Both the position numbers and the translations under genes were made by a program. Shown here one piece after another: positions 1-9,484 of a DNA stretch of 64,000 nucleotides (positions are counted from its first letter, which is position 1; each line of letters begins with the position of its first letter). The stretch is from Bacteroidetes bacterium RIFCSPLOWO2_12_FULL_37_12 (lineage in GTDB: Bacteria; Bacteroidota; Bacteroidia; 2-12-FULL-37-12). Below the pieces are notes generated by a model that made no database searches, was not told the origin of the DNA, and saw nothing but the letters and a program-made list of their open reading frames with translations. The stretch spans positions 93,125 to 157,124 of the forward strand of contig MEPC01000042.1 in NCBI GenBank assembly GCA_001769655.1, read 5' to 3'.

Positions 1-3000
1 CCTGTTTTTTCTTCAATTCAAAAAGATGATTTTCCTGCCGTAAAAGCTCGTTTTCTTTTTCTTTTTTATCGGTCTCATATCGTGTTTGCATGTCGGCTAT
101 TTGCTTGTTGGATTCTTCGTTAAAGATGTTGTCTTTTACCTGTGCGTATAATTTGTGATAGGTGTAGGCGGATTTCCAGTTGGAGAGGGTGCTGTCTAAG
201 TGAGATAAACCCTCGTAAACGAGCATTAGTACTTCTTTCGCTCCGGTTTCTTTTGAGAATTGTAGCCCTTTATTTAGGCATTGTCTTGATTCTTTATACT
301 TTTTCTGTTCCGTATTTATTTGCCCAATATTGTAATAAGAACCAGCCATGCCATTTTTATTGCCAAGCTCTTCACTGATTGATAAATCTTTGAAATAAAA
401 TTCTATCGCCTTGTCGTAGTCCCTTTTATCAGCATAAATATTACCTATGTTACTGTACGTTTCAGACATTCCTTTTTTATCTCCGAGTTTTTCTCTTATA
501 GATAATGATTTGCCATAAAACTCCATTGCCATATCATAATCGTGGCTTGCTTTTACACTATCTCCAATTTGACGAGATTTATCTCCTTTATTTTTGTGAA
601 TGATACCGATGTTGTTGTAAGACATAGCTATTCCACGTTTAGCCCCAAGTTCTTTAAAAATAGATAACGCCTTGAAATAAAGCGTAAGTGCTTTATCGTA
701 TTCGTTTTGGCTTTTATAAATAATACCTATATTGATATAAGCACTAGAAATTCCTTTTTTATCTCCGAGTTCTTCATATATCGTTAATGCTTTGTATAAA
801 AACTTTAGTGCCATGTCGTAGTCGCCTTTATTTTTGTAAATTGAGCCAATGTTATTGTAAGAAGCAGCCATTCCATTTTTATCTCCAAGCCCTTTATTTA
901 TATAAAGTGATTTGAAATGATACTCCAGCGCAATGTTGTAATCACTTTTATGATTGTAAACATTGCCAATGTTGTTGTAAGAATCAGCTATTCCCCTTTT
1001 ATCTACGAGTTCTTCTTTTACTGATAATGCTTTGAAATAAAACTTCAACGCTTTATCGTATTCTCCTTTATCAGAAAGAATAAGTCCTATGGAAAGATAA
1101 GAATTAGATATTCCCTTTTTATCGTTTAGTATTTCTTTTATATTCAAAGATTTTAAAAAAAATTCTATCCCCTTTTCATAGTTGCCTCTTTCAGCATGAA
1201 TAACTCCAATGTTTTGGTAAGACATTGAAATTCCCTGTTTATCTCCGAGTTCTTTATATATAGTTAATGATTTAAAAAAAAAATCTATTGCCATTTTGTA
1301 TTCTCCTTTATATTTATGAATAATGCCGATTTTATTGTAAACAGTGGCTTTTTTATTATTGATGATGTATGATTGATTATTTTTTACCGAAAGAAGTTTG
1401 TCGCAAAGGATTAACGCTTCATTTGCATATTCCAGTGCCTGTTCGTAATTACCGGTGTTGGTTAATTCGGAGGTGAGCTGGTTGAGGAGATTAATCCGGG
1501 CAGTGTCACCGGAGATGCCATTTAGAGCGTCTGTGCGTGCCAGAAGGGATTTGAGGGAGTCGGCTTTGGAAGAGCCAATTTTAATGTCACCCTGTTGAGG
1601 TGTACGGCGATTGCTACGAGTAGTGTCACCAGAGAATGATGCAAGGATTAATGAAAGAAAAATAAAAAACAAGAAGGATCCTGTTTTACTTTCGGTAGAA
1701 ATAAGGGACGGTGATAATTTTTTTTCAAGCAAATTGTGTAATGGAAAAATAACCCCCGCAAGCAAGACGTTGAAAAACAATTTCAACAAAGGTTCACCGC
1801 CGGTAAATTTCTCCAGATTGGGATCTAATAAAACCAAGATGAATTCGAAAAATATAAGAAACGAAATAAAAAGAGATGCCTCCGTAATTTTTATGTAGGT
1901 TAGATTTTTACTATGTTCCATTGATTTACCAAACCTTCTGGCAAACAGGAAAATTCCTATAAACAACACAAATAATGTCAAGCCAATGCCGGAGTATTGC
2001 AGCATATTCCGCCTTTGGATTTTTTCCAGTTCCTCGCGTTCTTTTTCTGTTTTTTGCTTTTCTTCCAATACACGGATATTTTTTTTCTGTCTCAAGAGTT
2101 TGTTTTCTCTTTCTTTCTTATCCGCTTCATACCGGGTTTGCATATCGGTTATTTGCTTGCTGGATTCTTCGTTGAATATGCTGTCTTTGACTTGAGTGTA
2201 TAATTTGTGGTAAGTGTAGGCGGAATTCCAGTTGCCGAGGGTGCTGTCTAAGTCCGATAACCCGATATAAGCGTTCATAAGAAATGCTTTCATTCCATTC
2301 TCTTTGGAGAGTAGGACGCATTTGTTTAACCAATGCCTTGATTCTTTATATCTTTTTAATTCGGTATTTATTTGTCCGATATTATTGCAGGAAGCAGTCA
2401 TCCCTTTTTTATCCCCTAATTCTTCTTGCATAGACATTGCTTTGAAATAATATTTTAATGCCTTGTTGAGGTTGCCTTTATAAGCATGAACATTAGCTAT
2501 GTTGTTATAAGAATTTGACATACCATTTTTATCCCGGAGTATTTCATTAATGGATAACGCTTTGAAATAACATTCTAATGTCTTGTTGAATTCGTTTTTA
2601 TACGCGTGAATACTTCCTATATTGTTGTAAGAAGCGGCAATTCCTTTTTTATTATCTACTTCTTTATAAATGGATAATGCTTTTAAATAATATTCCAGTG
2701 CTTTGTTGTAGTCACTTTTATACGTATGAATATTAGCAATATTGTTATAAGAATCTGATACCCCGTTTTTATTTCCAAGTTTTTCGTAAACTAAAAGGGC
2801 TTTTAAATAAAACTTCAATGCCTTGTCGTAGTCGCTTTTATCAGAATAAATCATGCCCATATTATTATAAGCCGTGGCTTTATTAATATTAATAATTGCC
2901 GATAAATTATTTTTTGTAGAAAATAATTTTTCACAGAGAATTACCGCTTCATCTGCATATATCATAGCTTGCCCGTATTCGCCGGCGTTAATTAATTCAG

Positions 3001-3229
3001 CAGTGAGCAGGTTGAGGAGATTAATCCGGGTAGTGTCACCGGAGATGCCCTTTGGAGCGTCTGTACGTGCCAGAAGGGATTTGAGGGAGTCGGCTTTGGT
3101 AGAGCTAATTTTAGTGTCACTCGTCTGAGGCGCACGACTGCTGAGGCGGGAAGTGTCACCGGAGAATGATAAAGGTGCAAATGAAATGGAAACAAGAAAA
3201 AAGAGGATGGTACAGGAGAAATTTTTCAT
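1..3229 (-). CDS. Large TPR-repeat membrane protein, 3' end beyond the window start. It contains two tandem modules, each with a hydrophobic leader, an SGDT-rich segment, TPR repeats, a charged coiled coil and TM helices.
   Basis: I reverse-complemented and translated by hand from the ATG at 3229-3227 down to position 1 and found no stop. The second module (about 1650 to below 1) repeats the first (3229 to about 1650) at 80-90% nucleotide identity. The ORF track omits it because it runs off the window edge. Confidence 0.6.
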   Translation of the reverse strand, partial: MKNFSCTILFFLVSISFAPLSFSGDTSRLSSRAPQTSDTKISSTKADSLKSLLARTDAPKGISGDTTRINLLNLLTAELINAGEYGQAMIYADEAVILCEKLFSTKNNLSAIININKATAYNNMGMIYSDKSDYDKALKFYLKALLVYEKLGNKNGVSDSYNNIANIHTYKSDYNKALEYYLKALSIYKEVDNKKGIAASYNNIGSIHAYKNEFNKTLECYFKALSINEILRDKNGMSNSYNNIANVHAYKGNLNKALKYYFKAMSMQEELGDKKGMTASCNNIGQINTELKRYKESRHWLNKCVLLSKENGMKAFLMNAYIGLSDLDSTLGNWNSAYTYHKLYTQVKDSIFNEESSKQITDMQTRYEADKKERENKLLRQKKNIRVLEEKQKTEKEREELEKIQRRNMLQYSGIGLTLFVLFIGIFLFARRFGKSMEHSKNLTYIKITEASLFISFLIFFEFILVLLDPNLEKFTGGEPLLKLFFNVLLAGVIFPLHNLLEKKLSPSLISTESKTGSFLFFIFLSLILASFSGDTTRSNRRTPQQGDIKIGSSKADSLKSLLARTDALNGISGDTARINLLNQLTSELTNTGNYEQALEYANEALILCDKLLSVKNNQSYIINNKKATVYNKIGIIHKYKGEYKMAIDFFFKSLTIYKELGDKQGISMSYQNIGVIHAERGNYEKGIEFFLKSLNIKEILNDKKGISNSYLSIGLILSDKGEYDKALKFYFKALSVKEELVDKRGIADSYNNIGNVYNHKSDYNIALEYHFKSLYINKGLGDKNGMAASYNNIGSIYKNKGDYDMALKFLYKALTIYEELGDKKGISSAYINIGIIYKSQNEYDKALTLYFKALSIFKELGAKRGIAMSYNNIGIIHKNKGDKSRQIGDSVKASHDYDMAMEFYGKSLSIREKLGDKKGMSETYSNIGNIYADKRDYDKAIEFYFKDLSISEELGNKNGMAGSYYNIGQINTEQKKYKESRQCLNKGLQFSKETGAKEVLMLVYEGLSHLDSTLSNWKSAYTYHKLYAQVKDNIFNEESNKQIADMQTRYETDKKEKENELLRQENHLFELKKKQ

Positions 3230-3299
3230 ATCGTCAAAAAATATAAAATCAAATATCTAATATCCAAACGTGAACGAGTCACAACCAAACAAGAAAAAA

Positions 3300-3395
3300 A
3301 TAAATAACATATAACATATAACACAAAATGAATAATAAAAAGTGAGGGGAAACCTTTAACATTATTCATTTTTTGTTATATGTTATATGTTTTTA
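3300..3395. repeat. Intergenic palindromic element, copy A: 31-bp inverted arms AACATATAACATATAACAcAAAATGAATAAT with a 24-nt loop.
   Basis: Arms at 3306-3336 and 3361-3391 are reverse complements with one mismatch. Related copies lie at 4775-4868 and 55890-56045. Confidence 0.6.
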
Positions 3396-3454
3396 ATAAT
3401 AATTTGAAACAATAATATTTTGCCATAATTGGTTGAAATATTTTTGATAAGATG

Positions 3455-4741
3455 CTAACACCCCATTTCCCCAACATCCCTCCCAATATCCCTCCTATAA
3501 TACCTCCCCTCCCATTGAATTTTTTCTGCAGAAGCAAAAGATTTTTTTAGCGCTTCTTCTCCGGTCTTTCCCAAGGAAGATAAGGCAAGCACCCTTCCAC
3601 CGTTTGTAAAAAAGTTACCGTTTTCTAAGCGGGTTCCTGAATGAAATACGAGGGTATCTTTCACTTCTTCCAAACCCGAAATTTTTTTATTTTTTTCATA
3701 CTCACCCGGATAACCTCCGGAGGCAAGAACAACGGTTGCAATAGAATTTGTTGATATTTTTAAATCACAGGTATTTAATTTTTTTTCTGCACAGCAATGA
3801 AAAAGTTCCAGCAAATCAGTTTCTATTCTCGGTAACACCGCTTCTGTTTCGGGGTCACCCATTCTTACATTGTATTCCAAAACGTAGGGTTCATCTTTGC
3901 AAATCATCAATCCTATAAAAAGAAAACCGGTGTATGGAATAGCATCTTTCTGCAATCCCCGGATGCTCGGTATTATAATCTTTTCTTCAATTTTTTTCAT
4001 TAAGCCGGTTGTCACAAAAGGTACCGGTGAAATAGCGCCCATGCCTCCTGTATTCATTCCGGTATCTCCTTCTCCTATGCGTTTGTAGTCCTTGGCACAG
4101 GGCAATATTTTATAGGTTTTTCCATCGGTCAAAACAAATACCGAAACCTCAATGCCTTCCAGGTACTGTTCAATAACCACTTGTATCCCCGCGGAACCGA
4201 ATTTTTCCTTGAGCAAGATTTCTTCAAGGAAATATTCTGCTTCTTCCGAGTTTTTGCAGATGAGCACTCCTTTTCCTGCGGCTAATCCATCTGCTTTGAG
4301 CACTAATGGAAATGAATTTGATCTGATAAAATTAATCCCTTCTTTGAATGTTTTGGGTGTAAATGTTTTATAATTAGCAGTAGGTATGTTATGTTTTATC
4401 AGGAATTGCTTGGCGAAATCCTTGCTACCTTCCAATAAGGCGCCGGATTTGGAAGGTCCGATAATTTTTAATGATTCGAATGATTTAATCGGCTTCAAAT
4501 AATCAACTACCCCCTTCACGAGGGGTTCTTCGGGTCCTACCACAAGCATTTCAATTTTTTCATCCTTAATAAACTCTGAAATGGCAGAAAAATCATTTAC
4601 ACCGATTGAAATGTTTGTGCCACAGGAAGTAGTGCCACCATTTCCCGGAGCAAAAAATAATTTATTGCAGTGTGGGCTTTGTTTTATTTTCCATCCGAAG
4701 GCATGCTCTCTGCCGCCGGAACCGAGGATGAGGGTGTTCAT
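3455..4741 (-). CDS. purD: Phosphoribosylamine--glycine ligase
   Basis: MNTLILGSGGREHAFGWK..FAPGNGGT is the hallmark PurD N-terminus. The track ORF begins at 4810 but the conserved start is the internal Met at 4741. Confidence 0.85.
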   Translation of the reverse strand: MNTLILGSGGREHAFGWKIKQSPHCNKLFFAPGNGGTTSCGTNISIGVNDFSAISEFIKDEKIEMLVVGPEEPLVKGVVDYLKPIKSFESLKIIGPSKSGALLEGSKDFAKQFLIKHNIPTANYKTFTPKTFKEGINFIRSNSFPLVLKADGLAAGKGVLICKNSEEAEYFLEEILLKEKFGSAGIQVVIEQYLEGIEVSVFVLTDGKTYKILPCAKDYKRIGEGDTGMNTGGMGAISPVPFVTTGLMKKIEEKIIIPSIRGLQKDAIPYTGFLFIGLMICKDEPYVLEYNVRMGDPETEAVLPRIETDLLELFHCCAEKKLNTCDLKISTNSIATVVLASGGYPGEYEKNKKISGLEEVKDTLVFHSGTRLENGNFFTNGGRVLALSSLGKTGEEALKKSFASAEKIQWEGRYYRRDIGRDVGEMGC

Positions 4742-4774
4742 GGTTATACTCAAAGTAATCAGGTTTAAAAAAAC

Positions 4775-4868
4775 AATAAATAACACATAACAAAAAATAA
4801 TTAATGTCAAAGGCGGTGAGTACTTAATAATTATTCATTTCTTGTTTTATGTTATATGTTATTTATTT
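4775..4868. repeat. Intergenic palindromic element, copy B (same family as 3300-3395)
   Basis: AATAAATAACAcATAACAAAAAATAAT ... TTATTCATTTCTTGTTTTATGTTATATGTTATTTATT: imperfect inverted arms that share the TGTTATATGTTAT core with copy A. Confidence 0.5.
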
Positions 4869-5686
4869 TAAAACTTGATTTGTTTTGGTAAAGTTCTCCT
4901 AAAATAGTCACAAAAAACCGCTGTAGCCGTTGCCACATTCAGGGATTCCGCTTTCCCAAAACGGGGAATGGTAAGTGGCACTGTTATATATTTTAAAAGG
5001 GTATCTGATATTCCATGGGCTTCGTTTCCTATCAGTAAGATACCATTTTTGTTTAGTTTCGTTGTATGCAGGTTTTTTCCGTTCAGTACCGCACCATAAA
5101 TTTCGGTTTTGTTTTTGTATTTTTCAAAATAATCCTCAAGATGAATATAGAATGCATTTACTCTTGACCATGAACCCATGGTTGCATGCAGTACTTTTGG
5201 ATTAAAAAAATCAACTGTATTTTTGGAACAAAGAATATCTGTGAAACCATACCAATCGGCTACACGGATTAAAGCACCAAAATTACCGGGGTCGCTTATA
5301 TGAGCAAATACCAGCACAAGTTTTGAAGTAGGGTCTGGGAGAAGTGTTTTATGAGTTGCCGGTATTTCTAAAAGAGCGATAGAGGAATTATTAGTTTCGA
5401 GCGTTCCTGCACGTTGAAGTTCATTAGGACTTGTAGCGTTGAAAATACTCATAAAAGGTTCTAATTCCTTTTTATTTGAGTCAAAAAATTGTTTGCTTCC
5501 ATAAATTACCTTTATTTTGTATGACGTCTTAAGACATTCCAGAACATTGGTTGCTCCTTCTACAAAGAAAGTGTTGTTTTTTTCCCTATACTTTTTTTGA
5601 TGAAGTGAATGGAGGTGTTTTATTTCAGCGTTGGTCATTGGGCACTGGTTTATCGCTTTCGTTTGTGTCCTCACAAACGAAGTCAT
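4868..5686 (-). CDS. SpoU/TrmH-family RNA 2'-O-methyltransferase
   Basis: Carries the FVEGATNVLE, GNFGALIRVADWYG, LIGNEAHGIS and SLNVATATAV motifs of SpoU methylases. The true start may be the Met at 5638. Confidence 0.7.
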   Translation of the reverse strand: MTSFVRTQTKAINQCPMTNAEIKHLHSLHQKKYREKNNTFFVEGATNVLECLKTSYKIKVIYGSKQFFDSNKKELEPFMSIFNATSPNELQRAGTLETNNSSIALLEIPATHKTLLPDPTSKLVLVFAHISDPGNFGALIRVADWYGFTDILCSKNTVDFFNPKVLHATMGSWSRVNAFYIHLEDYFEKYKNKTEIYGAVLNGKNLHTTKLNKNGILLIGNEAHGISDTLLKYITVPLTIPRFGKAESLNVATATAVFCDYFRRTLPKQIKF

Positions 5687-5699
5687 TGAATTTTAAAAA

Positions 5700-7979
5700 A
5701 TGAAAATTCTGCGAAACATAAGAATAATTTTATTACCGGTAATAATAGTATGCATTAACGGATGTACGGCTACACATTTTCTCAAAGATAATGAAATTCT
5801 GCTTAATAAAATAAAAATCAAGGGTGGGAAAAATGTTAAAACCGATAATATTAAATATTTGCTATCACGCCAAAAACCAAACCGGAGAATAATCGGTACA
5901 CGACCCTATCTTGCGTTATATAATTTAGGAAGCTATTTTAAAAATCCGGATAACATTTTCCGGAGAACGTTGGGTGAACCCCCCGTTTTATTTGATTCTA
6001 CGCTTGCCGAAAACATTCGGAAAGATATTTTGCGCCTTTATCAAAGCAAAGGGTATTTGCATGCTGAAATAGGACTAAAAATTAAACTTAAAAACCGCCA
6101 GGCAAAACTTGAATATCTTATTGTTGAAAAAAAACCCTTTTATATTTCCAATGTTACCTATAACTATGAAAACAAGGAAATGGAAGCCCTGTTTTCATAC
6201 GAAAACAATGAGGATCGCATGTTGAAACCCGGAATTATCTTTGATGAGGATGTCTTGGGAAAAGAAAGAGTCAGAATGGAACAAAAATTAAGAAATCAGG
6301 GGTATTATTATTTTAATAAAGAGTATATATATTTTGAAATTGACACCTCTAACCATAAAAGAGATGCTAAAGTACATTTAATTCTTAAAAATCCATCTTC
6401 CGATAGTGCTCATAACATTTATTATATAAAGGATGTTTTTGTTATGACAGATGCAACTGCTTCTGAGAGCGAAAAAAACCGTGACACCAGCAATTATGAA
6501 GGTGTATTTTTTTTAAACTACCGGAAAAAATATTCTGAAAAAGTTCTGTACCGGAAAATCAGAATCCGTCCCACGAGCTTATTCAGAGCAGGTAATATAA
6601 TGGCGACTCAGAATCTATTAAGTGACATGGGTATTTTTAAGTTTATCACTATAAAGAATGAACATCTCCGTGACACAACGGGCAGGTTTCTCAGAACGTT
6701 CATAAATCTAACCCCAATGGAAAAGTACAGTTACAGTTTTCAGTTTGATGTCACGTTGAGAGAACTTGAAGGGGTGCAAACACCAGGAATAGCAGGAACC
6801 ATGCTATTTACTGTAAGAAATTTATTTGGAGGCGCTCAGATTTTGAATTCGCGCTTTCACGGGGGGGTTGATTTTCAAGCAGGTTCCTCAAACACAAACG
6901 GAGAAGAAAAACTGTTTACCGGAAACCAGGAATTAGGGGCTGAGTTCTCATTATTATTTCCATTTTTCTGGTATCCTACTCACAGCGGCGAACAATTCAG
7001 ACCTTATAATCCAAAAACAAGGATCACAACCGGTTTTTTTCATGAACAGCGAAAATTATACAAACGCACCAGTTTGAATTTTTCTTATAATTTCGACTGG
7101 AGAAAAAATATTTACTCACGCACTTCATTTGCACCATTCGATATTAGTTTGGTTTTTTCGGACCTGAGTCCGGAGTTTTCTGATTTTTTACAGCTACAGC
7201 AACAGAAAGGGAATTTTTTAATTAATAGCTTTGACCGTGCATTGGTAACGAGTTTAAAGCTGATTCACACCTATAATAATTCATCCCTTATATCTGTAAA
7301 AAAATCCATCTTTTTCAGAGGGTTGCTTGAGGGTGGAGGGTTTGGTATTTATTATCTGCGCCAATTATTAGATCCGACTATTCCCAGCGAAACACATATA
7401 ACAACTCTGAAATTGAGGTTATACAGATATTTAAGAGGCAGTGGTGACTTGAGATACTATTTACCCGTGCGGAACATTTCAGTTTTTGCGAATCGCCTGT
7501 ATGTAGGATTAACAGGTCCGCTTTTAAAATCAACCGTTTTACCTTATGATAAATATTTTTTTACAGGTGGGAGCAACAGCAACCGTGCCTGGCTTGCAAG
7601 ACGATTAGGTCCAGGAACTTTCAGAGCTGAAAATAACATTTTTGAACAGGGAGGCGAAATTGCATTGGAAAGTTCTTCCGAATTACGTTTTAATATTATC
7701 AAATTCATCAACGGCGCTTTTTTTGTAGATGCCGGAAATATATGGACATTCAATGATGATGTAAGCAGACCGGGAAGCAAATTTCACTTTAATAGCTTTT
7801 TCAAAGAACTTGCGATCAGCAGTGGGTTTGGGTTGCGCTTCGATTTCTCATTTCTCGTTGTCAGATTGGATGGTGCTATAAGAATGTACGACCCGTATTA
7901 TTTGAGTATTAATGAAGACCCTTTTGTTGCAGGCAAATTTGAATCGCAGGTGAACGTGGGAATTGGATATCCGTTTTAG
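5700..7979 (+). CDS. Omp85-family (BamA/TamA-like) outer-membrane protein
   Basis: 759 aa with a lipoprotein-like signal (IIVCINGCTA) and a C-terminal beta-barrel ending ...GIGYPF. The FFVDAGNIW motif is typical of the Omp85 'bacterial surface antigen' C-terminus. Confidence 0.55.
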   Translation: MKILRNIRIILLPVIIVCINGCTATHFLKDNEILLNKIKIKGGKNVKTDNIKYLLSRQKPNRRIIGTRPYLALYNLGSYFKNPDNIFRRTLGEPPVLFDSTLAENIRKDILRLYQSKGYLHAEIGLKIKLKNRQAKLEYLIVEKKPFYISNVTYNYENKEMEALFSYENNEDRMLKPGIIFDEDVLGKERVRMEQKLRNQGYYYFNKEYIYFEIDTSNHKRDAKVHLILKNPSSDSAHNIYYIKDVFVMTDATASESEKNRDTSNYEGVFFLNYRKKYSEKVLYRKIRIRPTSLFRAGNIMATQNLLSDMGIFKFITIKNEHLRDTTGRFLRTFINLTPMEKYSYSFQFDVTLRELEGVQTPGIAGTMLFTVRNLFGGAQILNSRFHGGVDFQAGSSNTNGEEKLFTGNQELGAEFSLLFPFFWYPTHSGEQFRPYNPKTRITTGFFHEQRKLYKRTSLNFSYNFDWRKNIYSRTSFAPFDISLVFSDLSPEFSDFLQLQQQKGNFLINSFDRALVTSLKLIHTYNNSSLISVKKSIFFRGLLEGGGFGIYYLRQLLDPTIPSETHITTLKLRLYRYLRGSGDLRYYLPVRNISVFANRLYVGLTGPLLKSTVLPYDKYFFTGGSNSNRAWLARRLGPGTFRAENNIFEQGGEIALESSSELRFNIIKFINGAFFVDAGNIWTFNDDVSRPGSKFHFNSFFKELAISSGFGLRFDFSFLVVRLDGAIRMYDPYYLSINEDPFVAGKFESQVNVGIGYPF

Positions 7980-7980
7980 C

Positions 7981-8092
7981 TGTGGTAATAAAGTAGTAAT
8001 ACAGTTGTAATACGATTGTAATACCATTGTTTTACCACTGTATTACCATTGTATTACTATTGTATTCACATTGTATTACTTTTGCATAACTA
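7981..8092. repeat. Array of about 10 units of GTAATAC/GTATTAC heptamers at 11-bp spacing. The orientation flips mid-array.
   Basis: GTAATAA agta GTAATAC agtt GTAATAC gatt GTAATAC catt GTTTTAC cact GTATTAC catt GTATTAC tatt GTATTCA catt GTATTAC tttt GCATAAC. The last units contain the TACTTTTG -7 box, 18 nt upstream of the lysC ATG at 8103. Confidence 0.7.
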
Positions 8093-8102
8093 TTATAATC
8101 CC

Positions 8103-9377
8103 ATGCCCCCCCTACTCATCTTTAAATTCGGCGGTGTTTCTGTTCAGGATGCCTCCGCAATTAAAAACACTACATCTATTATAAAAAAATTTGCTGTAGC
8201 CAACCGGCTCCTTCTCGTAATCTCTGCTATGGGCAAAATGACAAATGCATTGGAAGAATTGCATAAACAATATTTTACAAAAAAGAATTTCACTGCCGAA
8301 TTTGAAAAGGTTAAAGCATATCATCGTTCTATTGTGAAAGAACTTTTTTCAGAAACAGTGCATCCGGTTTACGATGAGTTAGAAAATCTTTTTGTAGAAA
8401 TGGAGTGGCACCTCGAAGAAGAACCCTCGAACGATTATGATTTGAGTTATGATCAATTAGTGTCATTCGGTGAACTTATTTCTACTAAAATAATTTCTCA
8501 ATACTTAAACAAAACAGCTGTAAATACCAAATGGGTGGATGCGAGAAGTTTTATTCAGACCGACAATACCTACCGGGATGCGCGTGTCAACTGGGCATTA
8601 ACAGAAAAATTAATTGTCCGTGATATTCCGGGTTTTCTCGAAAAACAAGTGGTATTAACGCAAGGATTTATTGGTGGCACTTCCGAAAATTTTACAACTA
8701 CCCTTGGGAGAGAGGGATCCGATTTTACTGCGGCTATTTTTGCCAAATGCCTGAAAGCCGATTCCATCAATATCTGGAAGGATGTCAGAGGAATACTGAA
8801 TGCCGACCCTAAACTATTTCCCGGAACCGTAAAATACGAACATCTTTCTTACCATCAGATGATAGAAATGGCTTATTATGGGGCTTCTGTAATTCACCCG
8901 AAAACTATAAAGCCATTAGTGGATGCACACATACCCCTTCATGTGAAATGTTTTAAAACACCGGATGAAAAAGGGACGATAGTAGATGAAACGCCGGAAG
9001 AATACATAACACCTGCCATCATTTTGAAAAAAAAGCAATGCCTGTTTTCCCTCTCAGCGAAGGATTATTCGTTTATCACCGAAAAAAATCTAAGCCATAT
9101 TTTTGACACCGCTTTTCGATTCAAATTAAAAATTAATCTGATGCAGAATTCAGCAATCTCTTTCTCAGTTTGTGTGGACGGCCAAACCGGCAAACACAAG
9201 GACTTTTATAATTTTCTCCACAAGGACTTTCACGTTTTATTCAACAAGGATTTGGAATTGCTTACGATTATGCACTACCATGATGATTTGATAAACAAAC
9301 ATACTCATGGAAAAGAAATTTTACTGGTGCAAAAAACGAGGCATACGTTTCAGGCGGTGACGAAGGTGGGGGTATAA
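8103..9377 (+). CDS. lysC: Aspartate kinase
   Basis: LLIFKFGGVSV..LLVISAMGKMTNAL is the amino-acid kinase N-terminus, and C-terminal ACT-like regions follow. The conserved start is the Met at 8103 rather than the track start at 8049. Confidence 0.8.
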   Translation: MPPLLIFKFGGVSVQDASAIKNTTSIIKKFAVANRLLLVISAMGKMTNALEELHKQYFTKKNFTAEFEKVKAYHRSIVKELFSETVHPVYDELENLFVEMEWHLEEEPSNDYDLSYDQLVSFGELISTKIISQYLNKTAVNTKWVDARSFIQTDNTYRDARVNWALTEKLIVRDIPGFLEKQVVLTQGFIGGTSENFTTTLGREGSDFTAAIFAKCLKADSINIWKDVRGILNADPKLFPGTVKYEHLSYHQMIEMAYYGASVIHPKTIKPLVDAHIPLHVKCFKTPDEKGTIVDETPEEYITPAIILKKKQCLFSLSAKDYSFITEKNLSHIFDTAFRFKLKINLMQNSAISFSVCVDGQTGKHKDFYNFLHKDFHVLFNKDLELLTIMHYHDDLINKHTHGKEILLVQKTRHTFQAVTKVGV

Positions 9378-9484
9378 GGTATAGGGATATAGGGATATAG
9401 GGTATAAAGGTATAAAGGTATAAAGGTATAAAGGTATAAAGGTATAGGACGCTCTTTTATACCCTATACCCCTATACCCTTTTA
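9371..9484. terminator. Bidirectional hairpin terminator built from (GGTATAAA)5 and GGTATAGGG tandem units, lying exactly between convergent stop codons
   Basis: ggtatagggatatagggatataggg(tataaagg)5tatagg-acgctctt-ttataccctatacccctataccc. The arms are reverse-complementary. The lysC stop is at 9375-9377 and the GNAT stop at 9482-9484. Confidence 0.55.

Noticed and set aside
142-2333. Short plus-strand and off-frame minus-strand ORFs (142-378, 1611-1898, 1975-2203, 2127-2333, 2874-3128, 2992-3195)
   Set aside because: They lie antisense to, or out of frame with, the long minus-strand TPR gene and their composition reflects the repetitive template, so I do not consider them independent genes.
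9371-9484. CRISPR array (also considered for 7981-8092 and 63237-63307)
   Set aside because: The repeats are 7-8 nt tandem units or 11-bp phased heptamers with no unique 25-40 bp spacers, and no cas genes are present in the window.
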